A stretch of 60,669 nucleotides of DNA, counting the filler. It is 3 parts of 3 records of this genome, joined end to end, with 100 filler letters (N's around TTAATTAATTAA, not from the genome) between each part and the next. Parts side by side here need not be neighbours in the genome. Positions count along the whole stretch, not along the records: positions 1 to 27,002 come from SRR31156797_5604; 2 more parts are not named here. The stretch is one strand, 5' to 3'. Of this stretch, positions 1-8,868 are shown in pieces. Position 1 is the first letter of the stretch. Each line of letters starts with the position of its first letter. Under the pieces are notes generated by a model. That model was given only the letters and a program-made list of their open reading frames with translations. It had not been told where the DNA came from and did not search any database. A program made the position numbers and the translations under genes.

Positions 1-528
1 TCCATCTTTTGAAATATCAGTACAGATAATGGTTTTTACTCCTTTTTTCTGATACTTCTCTAAAAATTGATACAAGTGATAATCCGAATCTTCCTGCCAT
101 CCTGAGATTGAAACCATTTCGTTTCGCACATCAGCCCCCAAAATAATTTTATCAGCTCCATATTTTTCCAACCAGGCTTCAAATAATTCCGGATTTGATA
201 CAGCAATACTTCCTCCTGTTACCTGCGCAGCACCCGATTCAAAAGCCAATTCTATATCCTGATCAGACTTTACGCCTCCTCCAAAATCAATTTTCAGATT
301 TGTTCCAGAAGAAACTCGCTCTAGCACTTTCGAATTGCAAATGTGTCCCGATTTTGCACCTTCCAAATCAACCAAATGCAAACGTGTAATTCCTAAATCC
401 TCAAAATCTTTGGCTACTTGCAAAGGATCTTCACTATACACTTTCTCAGTGTCATAGTCTCCCTTAGTCAACCGCACACAACGACCTTTTATGGTATCTA
501 TAGCTGGTATAATTTTTATTCTAGACAT
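1..528 (-). CDS. hisA: ProFAR isomerase HisA (3' end runs off the window)
   Basis: Not in the ORF track. Manual translation from ATG at 528 gives [25 protein letters not shown], the HisA N-terminus; lies directly downstream of hisH. Confidence 0.93.
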   Translation of the reverse strand, partial: MSRIKIIPAIDTIKGRCVRLTKGDYDTEKVYSEDPLQVAKDFEDLGITRLHLVDLEGAKSGHICNSKVLERVSSGTNLKIDFGGGVKSDQDIELAFESGAAQVTGGSIAVSNPELFEAWLEKYGADKIILGADVRNEMVSISGWQEDSDYHLYQFLEKYQKKGVKTIICTDISKDG

Positions 529-536
529 TTGTTTCT

Positions 537-1127
537 TTATAAATTGATAAAATTCTCAATAATTCTTACACCCACATCTCCCGATTTTTCAGGATGAAAT
601 TGGCAAGCATAGAAATTATCCTTCTGCAATGCAGCGCTATATGGCAGAATGTATTCGCATTGAGCTGCTGTATTTTCTATAATAGGCACGTAATAAGAAT
701 GTACAAAATAGACGAACTCATCACTTGTAATTCCCTTGAACAGTTCACCATTAAAATCAGTTAACTGGTTCCACCCCATGTGTGGTACTTTACGTTCATT
801 TGTAAATCGCTTTACCAGAACAGGAAAAATCCCCAGAGAACTTGTCTCTCCTTCTTCAGAACTTTCGCACATCAACTGCATACCCAGACAAATTCCTAAA
901 ACAGGTTGTTTTAAATCCGGAATCAATTTATCCAATCCACTTTTACGAAGTGAATTCATTGCCCAGGAAGCTTCTCCAACACCAGGGAAAATAACTTTAT
1001 CTGCATTTCGAATCACCTCCTCATCTTTCGAAACAATTGGAGTAACTCCTAATCTCTCAAAAGCATATTTTACCGATTGAATATTTCCGGCTTCATAATC
1101 AATAATTACAATATCTTGCTTTTTCAT
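537..1127 (-). CDS. hisH: Imidazole glycerol phosphate synthase glutaminase subunit
   Basis: PGVG, GICLGMQ, VPHMGWN, YFVHSY and QFHPEKSG motifs; his operon context. Confidence 0.97.
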   Translation of the reverse strand: MKKQDIVIIDYEAGNIQSVKYAFERLGVTPIVSKDEEVIRNADKVIFPGVGEASWAMNSLRKSGLDKLIPDLKQPVLGICLGMQLMCESSEEGETSSLGIFPVLVKRFTNERKVPHMGWNQLTDFNGELFKGITSDEFVYFVHSYYVPIIENTAAQCEYILPYSAALQKDNFYACQFHPEKSGDVGVRIIENFINL

Positions 1128-1130
1128 ACG

Positions 1131-2276
1131 CTACAGTTTTCCTTTAGTAGATGGCAATTGCAAACAGTTTACATCTCTTCTTATTGCCATTCGAATTGCT
1201 CGCGCTAATGCCTTAAAAATTCCCTCAATCTTATGATGCTCATTAGCTCCTTCAGCTTTAATGTTCAAATTGCACTGCGCTCCATCGGTAAAAGATTTGA
1301 AAAAATGGTAGAACATTTCCGTTGGCATTCCTCCAATCATTTCCCGATTAAACTCTACTTCCCAAACCAACCAGTTTCTTCCGCCAAAATCAATTGCGAC
1401 TTGTGCAAAGCAATCATCCATTGGCAAGGAAAAACCATATCGATCCAAACCTAACTTATTTCCTAATGCTTTCTTGAAAGCTTCGCCCAAAGCTATTGCT
1501 GTATCCTCAATGGTATGATGTTCATCCACCTCCAAATCTCCATTCACCACCACCTTTAAGTCGATTCCTGAATGTTTGGCTATTTGATCAAGCATGTGAT
1601 CGAAAAAGCCAATTCCCGTATCAAACTCACCATTTCCTTTTCCATCCAAATCTAAATGAATGCTGATTTGAGTTTCCTTGGTATCCCTAATTATCTTAGC
1701 TGTCCTCTGATCTAACCTTAAGCACTCAAATATCTTTTCCCAACTTTCTGTTTTAAGAGCCACAAATGTTTCAAGATCATTTTTTGATTCAGATAATTCA
1801 TCATCACCAATGTCTCCACTAGCAGTTATAAAAATAGATTTGGAATTTAAATTCTTTGCCAATTCAACATCTGTCCATCTATCTCCTATCACAAAAGAAT
1901 TTTCCAAATCATACTCTTCAGATAAATATTTGGTCAGTAATCCTGTACCTGGTTTACGTGTTGGAGCCTTTTCTTCAGGAAAAGTTCTATCAATGCAAAC
2001 ATCTGTAAATTCAATTCCTTCATTTAAAAATGTTTTCATCATTTTATTGTGAGCTGGCCAAAATGTATCTTCCGGATATGATGCTGTTCCTAAGCCATCC
2101 TGATTGGTAATCATCACCAATTCATAATCTAGTTGATCAGCAATTTTTGAAAGATTTCGAATCACTCCAGGATAAAACTCAAGTTTTTCTAAACTATCCA
2201 CCTGATAATCCACAGGCGGCTCAAGAATTAAGGTTCCATCTCTATCTATAAAAAGCACTTTCTTTTTTGTTGTCAT
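1131..2276 (-). CDS. hisB: Bifunctional histidinol-phosphatase / imidazoleglycerol-phosphate dehydratase
   Basis: N-terminal HAD motif FIDRDGTL and TNQDGLGT; C-terminal [26 protein letters not shown]. Confidence 0.97.
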   Translation of the reverse strand: MTTKKKVLFIDRDGTLILEPPVDYQVDSLEKLEFYPGVIRNLSKIADQLDYELVMITNQDGLGTASYPEDTFWPAHNKMMKTFLNEGIEFTDVCIDRTFPEEKAPTRKPGTGLLTKYLSEEYDLENSFVIGDRWTDVELAKNLNSKSIFITASGDIGDDELSESKNDLETFVALKTESWEKIFECLRLDQRTAKIIRDTKETQISIHLDLDGKGNGEFDTGIGFFDHMLDQIAKHSGIDLKVVVNGDLEVDEHHTIEDTAIALGEAFKKALGNKLGLDRYGFSLPMDDCFAQVAIDFGGRNWLVWEVEFNREMIGGMPTEMFYHFFKSFTDGAQCNLNIKAEGANEHHKIEGIFKALARAIRMAIRRDVNCLQLPSTKGKL

Positions 2277-2279
2277 ATC

Positions 2280-3332
2280 CTAAAATTTTGAATCATAAGT
2301 TAAAAGAGCCTTACGAAGCATCTCATTCTCTGTGTTGGTTCCTATACTAATTCTTACATATTGTTCCAATCCTTTAATTTTAGATCTGTCCCGAATAATT
2401 ATTCCTTTGCCAAGCAAATAATTGTATAAATCTTTAGCGTCACAGACTTTCACCAGAACAAAATTTGAATCTGAATGAAATACTTTTTTAACAAAAGCTA
2501 AATTGGTTAGAAAATCAATTAATTGATTTCGTTCCTTCACAATCTCAGTAATCTGCTTTATAAAAGTATTTTCCTCCTTTAAACCTTCCAATGCTTTTTC
2601 CTGCGTAAGACTATTCACATTATAAGGAGGCTTAATTCGATTCAAAATTTTAATAATTTCTAGAGAAGCAAGTCCAATTCCTAAACGAATTCCCGCCATA
2701 CCCCAGGCTTTCGAAAGAGTTTGCAAAACCACCAAGTTAGGATATTCAAACAATTTCCTGGACAAACTCTTGTTCGGCGAATAATCAATATATGCCTCAT
2801 CAACAATCACAATTCCATTAAACTTTTCCAGCAACTCTTCAACTTTGGATTCCTCAAACAAATTAGCAGTTGGATTATTCGGCGAACACAAAAAGAGCAT
2901 TTTTGAATTCATATCTGCTGTCTGAATAAGTTTTTTAATATTGGGTTGAAAATCCTCATCAAGATTAACTTCCTTTATTGCAACTGCATTTACACCTGCA
3001 GCAACTTCGTACATTCCGTATGTTGGTGTACAAATCACCACATTATCCTTATTAGGTTCGCAAAAAGCCCGAAACAAGAGGTCAATAATTTCATCACTAC
3101 CATTTCCCAAAATCATGTTCTCAGCATTCACGCCTTTAATTTCACCGATTCTCTTTTTTAGTTTTTTTTGCAGTGGATCAGGATATCTGTTAATGCCATT
3201 TTCATTTGGATTTTCATTGGCATCCAGAAATACGGATCCATTTCCTGAAAATTCATCTCGAGCAGAAGAATATGGCGTCATTTTTTTTACATTTTCACGT
3301 ACAAAATCCTCCAAATTAAATTTTGATCCCAT
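2280..3332 (-). CDS. hisC: Histidinol-phosphate aminotransferase
   Basis: LDANENP, NRYPDP, GNGSDE, CSPNNPT, DEAY and TLSKAWGMAGIRLG (PLP lysine). Confidence 0.97.
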   Translation of the reverse strand: MGSKFNLEDFVRENVKKMTPYSSARDEFSGNGSVFLDANENPNENGINRYPDPLQKKLKKRIGEIKGVNAENMILGNGSDEIIDLLFRAFCEPNKDNVVICTPTYGMYEVAAGVNAVAIKEVNLDEDFQPNIKKLIQTADMNSKMLFLCSPNNPTANLFEESKVEELLEKFNGIVIVDEAYIDYSPNKSLSRKLFEYPNLVVLQTLSKAWGMAGIRLGIGLASLEIIKILNRIKPPYNVNSLTQEKALEGLKEENTFIKQITEIVKERNQLIDFLTNLAFVKKVFHSDSNFVLVKVCDAKDLYNYLLGKGIIIRDRSKIKGLEQYVRISIGTNTENEMLRKALLTYDSKF

Positions 3333-3336
3333 AATT

Positions 3337-4626
3337 CTATTCCGATTTAATCTTTTTCAAACGAACACTTACAGCATTACTATGAGCATCCAACTGCTCC
3401 GCTTTTGCCATCGTTTCAATAACAGGTCCGAGCTCCAACAATCCTTTTTCACTAATCTTCTGAAAAGAAATACTCTTCATAAATGATTCCAAATTCACTC
3501 CTGAATACGCTTTAGCATATCCGTTAGTAGGTAAAGTATGATTGGTTCCTGAAGCATAATCACCAGCACTCTCTGGCGTATAATTTCCTAAAAATACCGA
3601 TCCGGCATTTTGAATAAGGCTCACAACTTCTTCTTCATTTTCAACAGACACAATAAGGTGTTCAGGGCCATACTCATTCGACATTTCCAGAGCTTCTTCC
3701 ATTGATTCTACTAAAATGATTTTTGAGTTTTTCAGAGCCAATTCCGCGACAGTTCTTCGAGAGAGTGCCGACAATTGAAGTTCCACTTCTGCAACTACTT
3801 TATCAACCAAATCTTTATCCCAGGTAAGCAGAATAACCTGGCTATCTGCACCGTGTTCAGCCTGCGAAAGTAAATCAGCCGCGACAAAGGATGGTTCAGC
3901 GCTTTTATCTGCCAAAACTAAAACTTCCGAAGGTCCTGCAGGCATATCAATAGCTACGCCAACTTTATTCACTCGCTGTTTTGCTGCAGTTACAAACTGG
4001 TTACCCGGACCAAAAATTTTAAAAACATTTGGAATCGATTCTGTTCCGAATGCCATTGCTCCAATTGCCTGAATTCCTCCAACACGAAACACTCTATCGA
4101 TTCCTACCAGCTTGCTGGCATATAGTATTGCAGGATCAATTTTTCCATCTTTACCAGGAGGAGTACAAAGAATCACCTCTTTACAACCAGCAAGTTTTGC
4201 TGGAACACCTAGCATCAAAACGGTTGAAAAAAGTGGTGCACTTCCACCTGGAATGTACAAACCCACCTTTTCAATTGCTGTCGCTTTTCTCCAACAACTT
4301 ACGCCTGTAGTTGTTTCTATTATTTTAGATTCGGGAAATTGAGATGCATGAAAAAGCTCAATATTTTTTGCGGCAACAGCCATAGCCTGCTTCAAATCTT
4401 CACTAATCAATTGAGCAGAAGCGTCGATTTCTTCACGACACACTTCCAGTTCATCAATTTTTATTCTATCGTAAAACCATGTATATTTTAATAATGCTTT
4501 GTCTCCATCACACTTTATTTCTTTGTAAATCTGATTTACAACTTCTTCCAACTCATCCATATCAATTGCTGGACGGGTTAAGATTTGTTGCCAATCCTGT
4601 TTTTGCGGATATTTTATTACTTGCAT
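3337..4626 (-). CDS. hisD: Histidinol dehydrogenase
   Basis: GLYIPGGSAPL, IFGPGNQFV, IDMPAGPSE, LSQAEH, PEHL, GDYASGTNHTLPT. Confidence 0.97.
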   Translation of the reverse strand: MQVIKYPQKQDWQQILTRPAIDMDELEEVVNQIYKEIKCDGDKALLKYTWFYDRIKIDELEVCREEIDASAQLISEDLKQAMAVAAKNIELFHASQFPESKIIETTTGVSCWRKATAIEKVGLYIPGGSAPLFSTVLMLGVPAKLAGCKEVILCTPPGKDGKIDPAILYASKLVGIDRVFRVGGIQAIGAMAFGTESIPNVFKIFGPGNQFVTAAKQRVNKVGVAIDMPAGPSEVLVLADKSAEPSFVAADLLSQAEHGADSQVILLTWDKDLVDKVVAEVELQLSALSRRTVAELALKNSKIILVESMEEALEMSNEYGPEHLIVSVENEEEVVSLIQNAGSVFLGNYTPESAGDYASGTNHTLPTNGYAKAYSGVNLESFMKSISFQKISEKGLLELGPVIETMAKAEQLDAHSNAVSVRLKKIKSE

Positions 4627-4662
4627 AACTTTTTTCTCTAGCGTTTGAATATATCGAACTGT

Positions 4663-5523
4663 TTACAACACCATCTTTTGAATAGGGATTATTAGAATAC
4701 CTTCAGCTCCACTTAATTTTAACTGATCAATAACTCCCCAAAAATCATTCTCGGTGATTACAGAGTGTAAGGAACTCCATCCATCCTTCGCCAATGGCAT
4801 CACGGTTGGGCTATTCATTCCCGGAAGAACTTTTATGATATCATCAATTTTATCATTAGGGGCATTCAGTAAGATGTACTTGTTATTTTTAGCTGCCAAA
4901 ACCGATTTCATCCTAAACAGCAGACGATCCAGAATAGCACTTTTCAAATTACTGATATTCTTATTGGCAACCAAACATGCTTCTGACACAAGAATTTCTT
5001 CAACTTCAGTTAATCCATTCTTAAATAAGGTACTACCAGAACTTACCAAGTCACAAATTCCATCAGCAAGCCCAATATTAGGTGCAATCTCTACAGAACC
5101 TGAAATTTCGTGAATTTCGCAATCCAAATTATTCGCATCAAGAAATTGTCGCAATGAATTTGGGTAAGAAGTAGCTAACTTTTTGCCATTAAAATACTCC
5201 AGTCCACTATAGTCAACATCTTTCGGAACAGCCATTGCCAATCTACACTTGGAGAATCCAAGTTTTTGAAGCACATCTAATTCCTTCTGTTTTTCAATTA
5301 CAACATTCTCTCCTACAATAGCTATATCAGCTACTCCATCTTCCACATATTGAGGGATATCGGAATTTCTAAGATACAAAACCTCTAAAGGAAAATTAAA
5401 AGCACTAGCCTTTAATTGATCCTTTCCATTGTCTATTGAAATTCCGCATTCTTTAAGGATTTTAAGAGAATCTTCTTTAAGTCGTCCTGATTTTTGAACT
5501 GCAATCTTTAATTTTTCGCCCAT
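4663..5523 (-). CDS. hisG: ATP phosphoribosyltransferase (long form)
   Basis: KIAVQKSGRL, ATSYP, ISGSVEIAP, DLVSSGSTL, PGMNSPTV. Confidence 0.97.
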   Translation of the reverse strand: MGEKLKIAVQKSGRLKEDSLKILKECGISIDNGKDQLKASAFNFPLEVLYLRNSDIPQYVEDGVADIAIVGENVVIEKQKELDVLQKLGFSKCRLAMAVPKDVDYSGLEYFNGKKLATSYPNSLRQFLDANNLDCEIHEISGSVEIAPNIGLADGICDLVSSGSTLFKNGLTEVEEILVSEACLVANKNISNLKSAILDRLLFRMKSVLAAKNNKYILLNAPNDKIDDIIKVLPGMNSPTVMPLAKDGWSSLHSVITENDFWGVIDQLKLSGAEGILIIPIQKMVL

Positions 5524-5565
5524 GGTTATTTAAAATTTTGATTCCGACTGAGTACAGAAATAGGC

Positions 5566-5599
5566 AAAAAAAAATGCCCACCTGAATCAGGCGGGCATT
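5566..5599 (-). terminator. his attenuator terminator hairpin
   Basis: Minus strand AATGCCCGCCTGATTCAGGTGGGCATTTTTTTTT: GC-rich stem plus U-run, between leader peptide and hisG. Confidence 0.88.
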
Positions 5600-5622
5600 A
5601 ATAATGTTAGATTATATATCTT

Positions 5623-5700
5623 TTAGAATATGGCACAACATCGTAAGCTCACCTTGTGGTAAGTATAATGATGATGATGATGTAGTGCTACTAAATTCAT
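5623..5700 (-). CDS. hisL: his operon leader peptide MNLVALHHHHHYTYHKVSLRCCAIF
   Basis: Manually read 25-aa ORF with five consecutive CAT codons, followed by a terminator upstream of hisG. Confidence 0.88.
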   Translation of the reverse strand: MNLVALHHHHHYTYHKVSLRCCAIF

Positions 5701-5721
5701 TTTTTCTCTTTTTATGTGCTA

Positions 5722-5753
5722 CAAAGATTAGTATTAAATTTTAAGTGAGCAAA
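5722..5753 (-). promoter_or_regulatory. Putative Bacteroidota sigma-A promoter of the his operon
   Basis: Minus strand TTTG-N20-AATCTTTG (one mismatch to TAnnTTTG) just upstream of the leader ATG. Confidence 0.6.
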
Positions 5754-5795
5754 TTTTTTAGATAAAGTATTGAAAAATTAATTTTCCAATAACAT

Positions 5796-6075
5796 CCCCC
5801 TTCATTATAATACCAATTAAAATTTCCAATCATTTCTGTAAAATTTCATTTTAAAATTAAGGGGTCTCCACATGAAAATAAACTTTTTTTTAACTCACCC
5901 CCTAATCGAAAACGTTACAACAAATAAAAATTCATTTTTTTGAACATCACCCCCTATTTTAATGTGGCGAATTAATTTTTATTTATACTTTTACAGAATC
6001 AGACCCTAAAATACATGGGGTCGTTTTGAAAAAAAACCACATAATTTCAAACGACACACCCAAATAATAAGGGGT
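5796..6075. promoter_or_regulatory. Array of six phased 19-bp CCCC-W9-GGGG-type boxes upstream of glnK-amtB
   Basis: Boxes start at 5796, 5847, 5898, 5950, 6003 and 6057. Best copies: ACCCT-AAAATACAT-GGGGT and CACCC-AAATAATAA-GGGGT. Confidence 0.6.
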
Positions 6076-6130
6076 TGAATTTTAAAAAACTAATTATTAC
6101 TAACTATTAGTACTATCTAATTTTAATCGT

Positions 6131-6244
6131 ATGAAAAAGAATTACATCAATTTTCGAATAGACTCAATTATTCTCGACGAAAGAATCAAAAAACAATCAC
6201 TTTCTTCAATTTATCGACAACAGTCGAATTTTCGCTTGGTTTAA
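6131..6244 (+). CDS. Possible 37-aa leader/small ORF upstream of glnK
   Basis: MKKNYINFRIDSIILDERIKKQSLSSIYRQQSNFRLV*; ATGAAAAAG start after an AT-rich stretch, followed by a hairpin. Confidence 0.35.
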   Translation: MKKNYINFRIDSIILDERIKKQSLSSIYRQQSNFRLV

Positions 6245-6252
6245 AACGAAAT

Positions 6253-6281
6253 CCGAGATTCCTTAATCCGGGGAATCTCGG
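6253..6281 (+). promoter_or_regulatory. GC-rich hairpin in the glnK leader
   Basis: CCGAGATTCC-N9-GGAATCTCGG, perfect 10-bp stem with only a weak U-tract. Confidence 0.55.
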
Positions 6282-6335
6282 CATTTCCAAAACAAAAAAT
6301 TAAGTTAATTACATTATTACAAAATCTATTAGTTT

Positions 6336-6683
6336 ATGAAAAAGATTGAAACAATAATACGCAAAACAAAATTTGAAGAAGTAAAGAAAGGTCTGCACGA
6401 AATCGGAATTGATTACTTAACATTTTGGGATGTAAGAGGTGTAGGTAAATCTGTAGAAGAAAGAGTGTATCGTGGTGTTATTTATGATACAAGCAGTATT
6501 GAGAGAACTCTCATATCTTTTATTGTGAGAGATAAATTTGTTGATAGCTGTGTTGTAAGCATTCGTGAAAATGCATACACCGGAGAAATAGGCGATGGTA
6601 GAATTTTCATTTATGACGTTCAGGACGCCTATAGAATCCGTACGGGACATTCTGGAGATCGTTCATTATACGATGAAGAGTAA
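6336..6683 (+). CDS. glnK: P-II nitrogen regulatory protein
   Basis: MKKIETIIR, VRGVG, T-loop YRGVIY, TGEIGDGRIF, RIRTG; directly upstream of amtB. Confidence 0.93.
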   Translation: MKKIETIIRKTKFEEVKKGLHEIGIDYLTFWDVRGVGKSVEERVYRGVIYDTSSIERTLISFIVRDKFVDSCVVSIRENAYTGEIGDGRIFIYDVQDAYRIRTGHSGDRSLYDEE

Positions 6684-6725
6684 AAAAAGCAGCCCCTTAT
6701 TTTCACGAATTAAAATTATTTTATC

Positions 6726-7967
6726 ATGGAAGAAACACTAAACTTAAATACAATACAGACAACAGTAACTGCTACCGCGCACTCCATAGATGTAGTGTGG
6801 GTATTATTATCAGCAGCACTAGTAATGTTTATGCAGCCAGGTTTCGCGATGGCAGAAGCTGGTTTTACAAGAGCAAAAAATACAGCCAATATCCTAATGA
6901 AAAATCTATTGGATTTTGGTGTTGGCTCGATATCATTCTTTCTAATTGGCTATGCTTTAATGTTCGGAACCGACATTGGAGGATTAATTGGTAAACTTCC
7001 TTTTATGGAAGATATTGCTCCAGATATTGACTACTCCTTTCTAATGTTTCAAACTGTATTTGCTGCAACGGCAGCAACAATTGTATCGGGAGCTGTTGCA
7101 GAAAGAACTGAATTTAAAACTTATTTATTTTTTAGTATAATTACAACTGCAATTATTTATCCAATCTCAGGTCACTGGGTATGGGGTGGCGGATGGTTAA
7201 GCAAACTTGGTTTTCACGACTTCGCAGGCTCTACAGTTGTACACTCTGTAGGTGCATGGATGGGTTTAATAGGAGCTGTTCTCATTGGACCTCGTATAGG
7301 AAAGTACAATGGCAAGGCAAACGCAATACCTGGTCACAACTTAACCTTCGCTGCACTTGGCGTATTTATCCTCTGGTTTGGATGGTTTGGTTTTAACGCC
7401 GGATCACAACTTGCAGCGGCAGGAACCGACAATACAATAGCAATCTCTCACATTTTCCTTACAACCAATCTTTCCGCAGCTGGTGGTACATTAGCCGCAT
7501 TAACTGTAAGTTGGTTAAGATACAAACGCCCAACATTATCATTAACCTTAAATGGTGCTTTGGCTGGTCTGGTAGCTATTACGGCAGGCTGTGATATTGT
7601 GAGTCCACAAGCTGCCATCATTATTGGTATTCTTGCAGGTATCACTCTTGTATTTTCAGTCGAATTTATTGATAAAATATTAAAAATTGATGATCCTGTT
7701 GGAGCAATTACCGTACACGGAGTAAATGGTGCACTTGGTACTATTTTAGTAGGATTTTTTGCAACTGATGGAGGAGTATTCTACGGAGGTGGATTAAGCC
7801 TTCTTGGAGTACAGGTATTGGGTGTTCTTGCTGTAGCTGCATGGGCTCTTGGAACAGCCTACGTGTTATTCAAAATACTAAAAATTACAATTGGCTTACG
7901 CGTACCAGCTGTTGTAGAAGAAGAAGGTTTAGATATCTACGAACACGGAGAAAAAGCATACCATTAA
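6726..7967 (+). CDS. amtB: Ammonium transporter
   Basis: MQPGFAMAEAG, DFAGSTVVH, LWFGWFGFNAGS, IDDPVGAITVHG, EEEGLD. Confidence 0.97.
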   Translation: MEETLNLNTIQTTVTATAHSIDVVWVLLSAALVMFMQPGFAMAEAGFTRAKNTANILMKNLLDFGVGSISFFLIGYALMFGTDIGGLIGKLPFMEDIAPDIDYSFLMFQTVFAATAATIVSGAVAERTEFKTYLFFSIITTAIIYPISGHWVWGGGWLSKLGFHDFAGSTVVHSVGAWMGLIGAVLIGPRIGKYNGKANAIPGHNLTFAALGVFILWFGWFGFNAGSQLAAAGTDNTIAISHIFLTTNLSAAGGTLAALTVSWLRYKRPTLSLTLNGALAGLVAITAGCDIVSPQAAIIIGILAGITLVFSVEFIDKILKIDDPVGAITVHGVNGALGTILVGFFATDGGVFYGGGLSLLGVQVLGVLAVAAWALGTAYVLFKILKITIGLRVPAVVEEEGLDIYEHGEKAYH

Positions 7968-7993
7968 TATTTTTAAACTACTCGTTTCTCATC

Positions 7994-8030
7994 AAAGTGG
8001 CAGGAAGATTTAATTCTTTCGCCACTTTTT
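7994..8030 (+). terminator. Intrinsic terminator after amtB
   Basis: AAAGTGGC...GCCACTTT followed by Ts. Confidence 0.7.
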
Positions 8031-8177
8031 CACTTTTCTGCTTACATATTTTAAAATACTTTGTAATTTCAATTTATCAATTAAACGATATTTTAGGAAT
8101 AATAATATCCTAATTTTATCGTTTCTTTGATGTTTATGAGAATTTCAACACACAATATTTAATTTAAATTGATTATT

Positions 8178-8759
8178 ATGAAAAAAGTAAATGTCTTTCT
8201 TTTAGCTTGTTTGTTCTTTACTCTAAGTATCGGTCAAACGGGATGCTATGGTCCATTTCGACTAACAAAAAACCTACACGAATGGAATAGTACAGTGGGC
8301 GATAAGTTTATAAATGCTTTGGTATTTTTTGCTTTCATAGTTATACCCGTTTACGAGGTTGCTGTTTTGGTCGACGGTATTGTTTTAAATACTATTGAAT
8401 TTTGGACTGGAGATAACCCTGTAGCTATGAAAGATGGAGACAAAGATGTTCAAATCGTAAAAAAGGATGGCAAAAAATATCGTATCACTGCCACAAAAAA
8501 TAAATTCCATATCGAACAACTACAAGGACCTGATAAAGGTAGATTTGCTGAATTAATTTTTGATCCAACGACTGAATCCTGGAACTTAAAAGACGGCGAC
8601 AAAGATTTACAAAAGCTAGTTAGCATTCAGGAAGAAGCAAACTTAATCGAAATATACAAACCGAATGGAGATGCTATTTCTGTTAACCCAGACAGTTATA
8701 ATTTAGCGGATATTAGAAGTCAAGTGAATACAAGCTCAATTAATTGGGCATTAAGATAG
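8178..8759 (+). CDS. DUF3332 family protein
   Basis: Signal peptide then GCYGPFRLT..EWN and NTIEFWTGDNP, as in DUF3332; ATG at 8178 preferred over TTG at 8169. Confidence 0.8.
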   Translation: MKKVNVFLLACLFFTLSIGQTGCYGPFRLTKNLHEWNSTVGDKFINALVFFAFIVIPVYEVAVLVDGIVLNTIEFWTGDNPVAMKDGDKDVQIVKKDGKKYRITATKNKFHIEQLQGPDKGRFAELIFDPTTESWNLKDGDKDLQKLVSIQEEANLIEIYKPNGDAISVNPDSYNLADIRSQVNTSSINWALR

Positions 8760-8768
8760 AAATTATAG

Positions 8769-8795
8769 ACCCGGCTTAAATAGTCGGGTTTTTTT
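8769..8795 (+). terminator. Intrinsic terminator
   Basis: ACCCGGCT-taaat-AGTCGGGT followed by a T-run. Confidence 0.75.
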
Positions 8796-8868
8796 ATTCT
8801 TCCTTCAAAAAATTTTTTTCATTACTACTATAAATGTAACTTTAGTACTAGTCCAAAAACTAGTAGTT

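Noticed and set aside
195-5113. Plus-strand ORFs over the his operon, and similar short antisense or alternate-frame ORFs elsewhere (e.g. 10998-11510, 42977-43558)
   Set aside because: Shadows of well-supported genes with no recognisable motifs.
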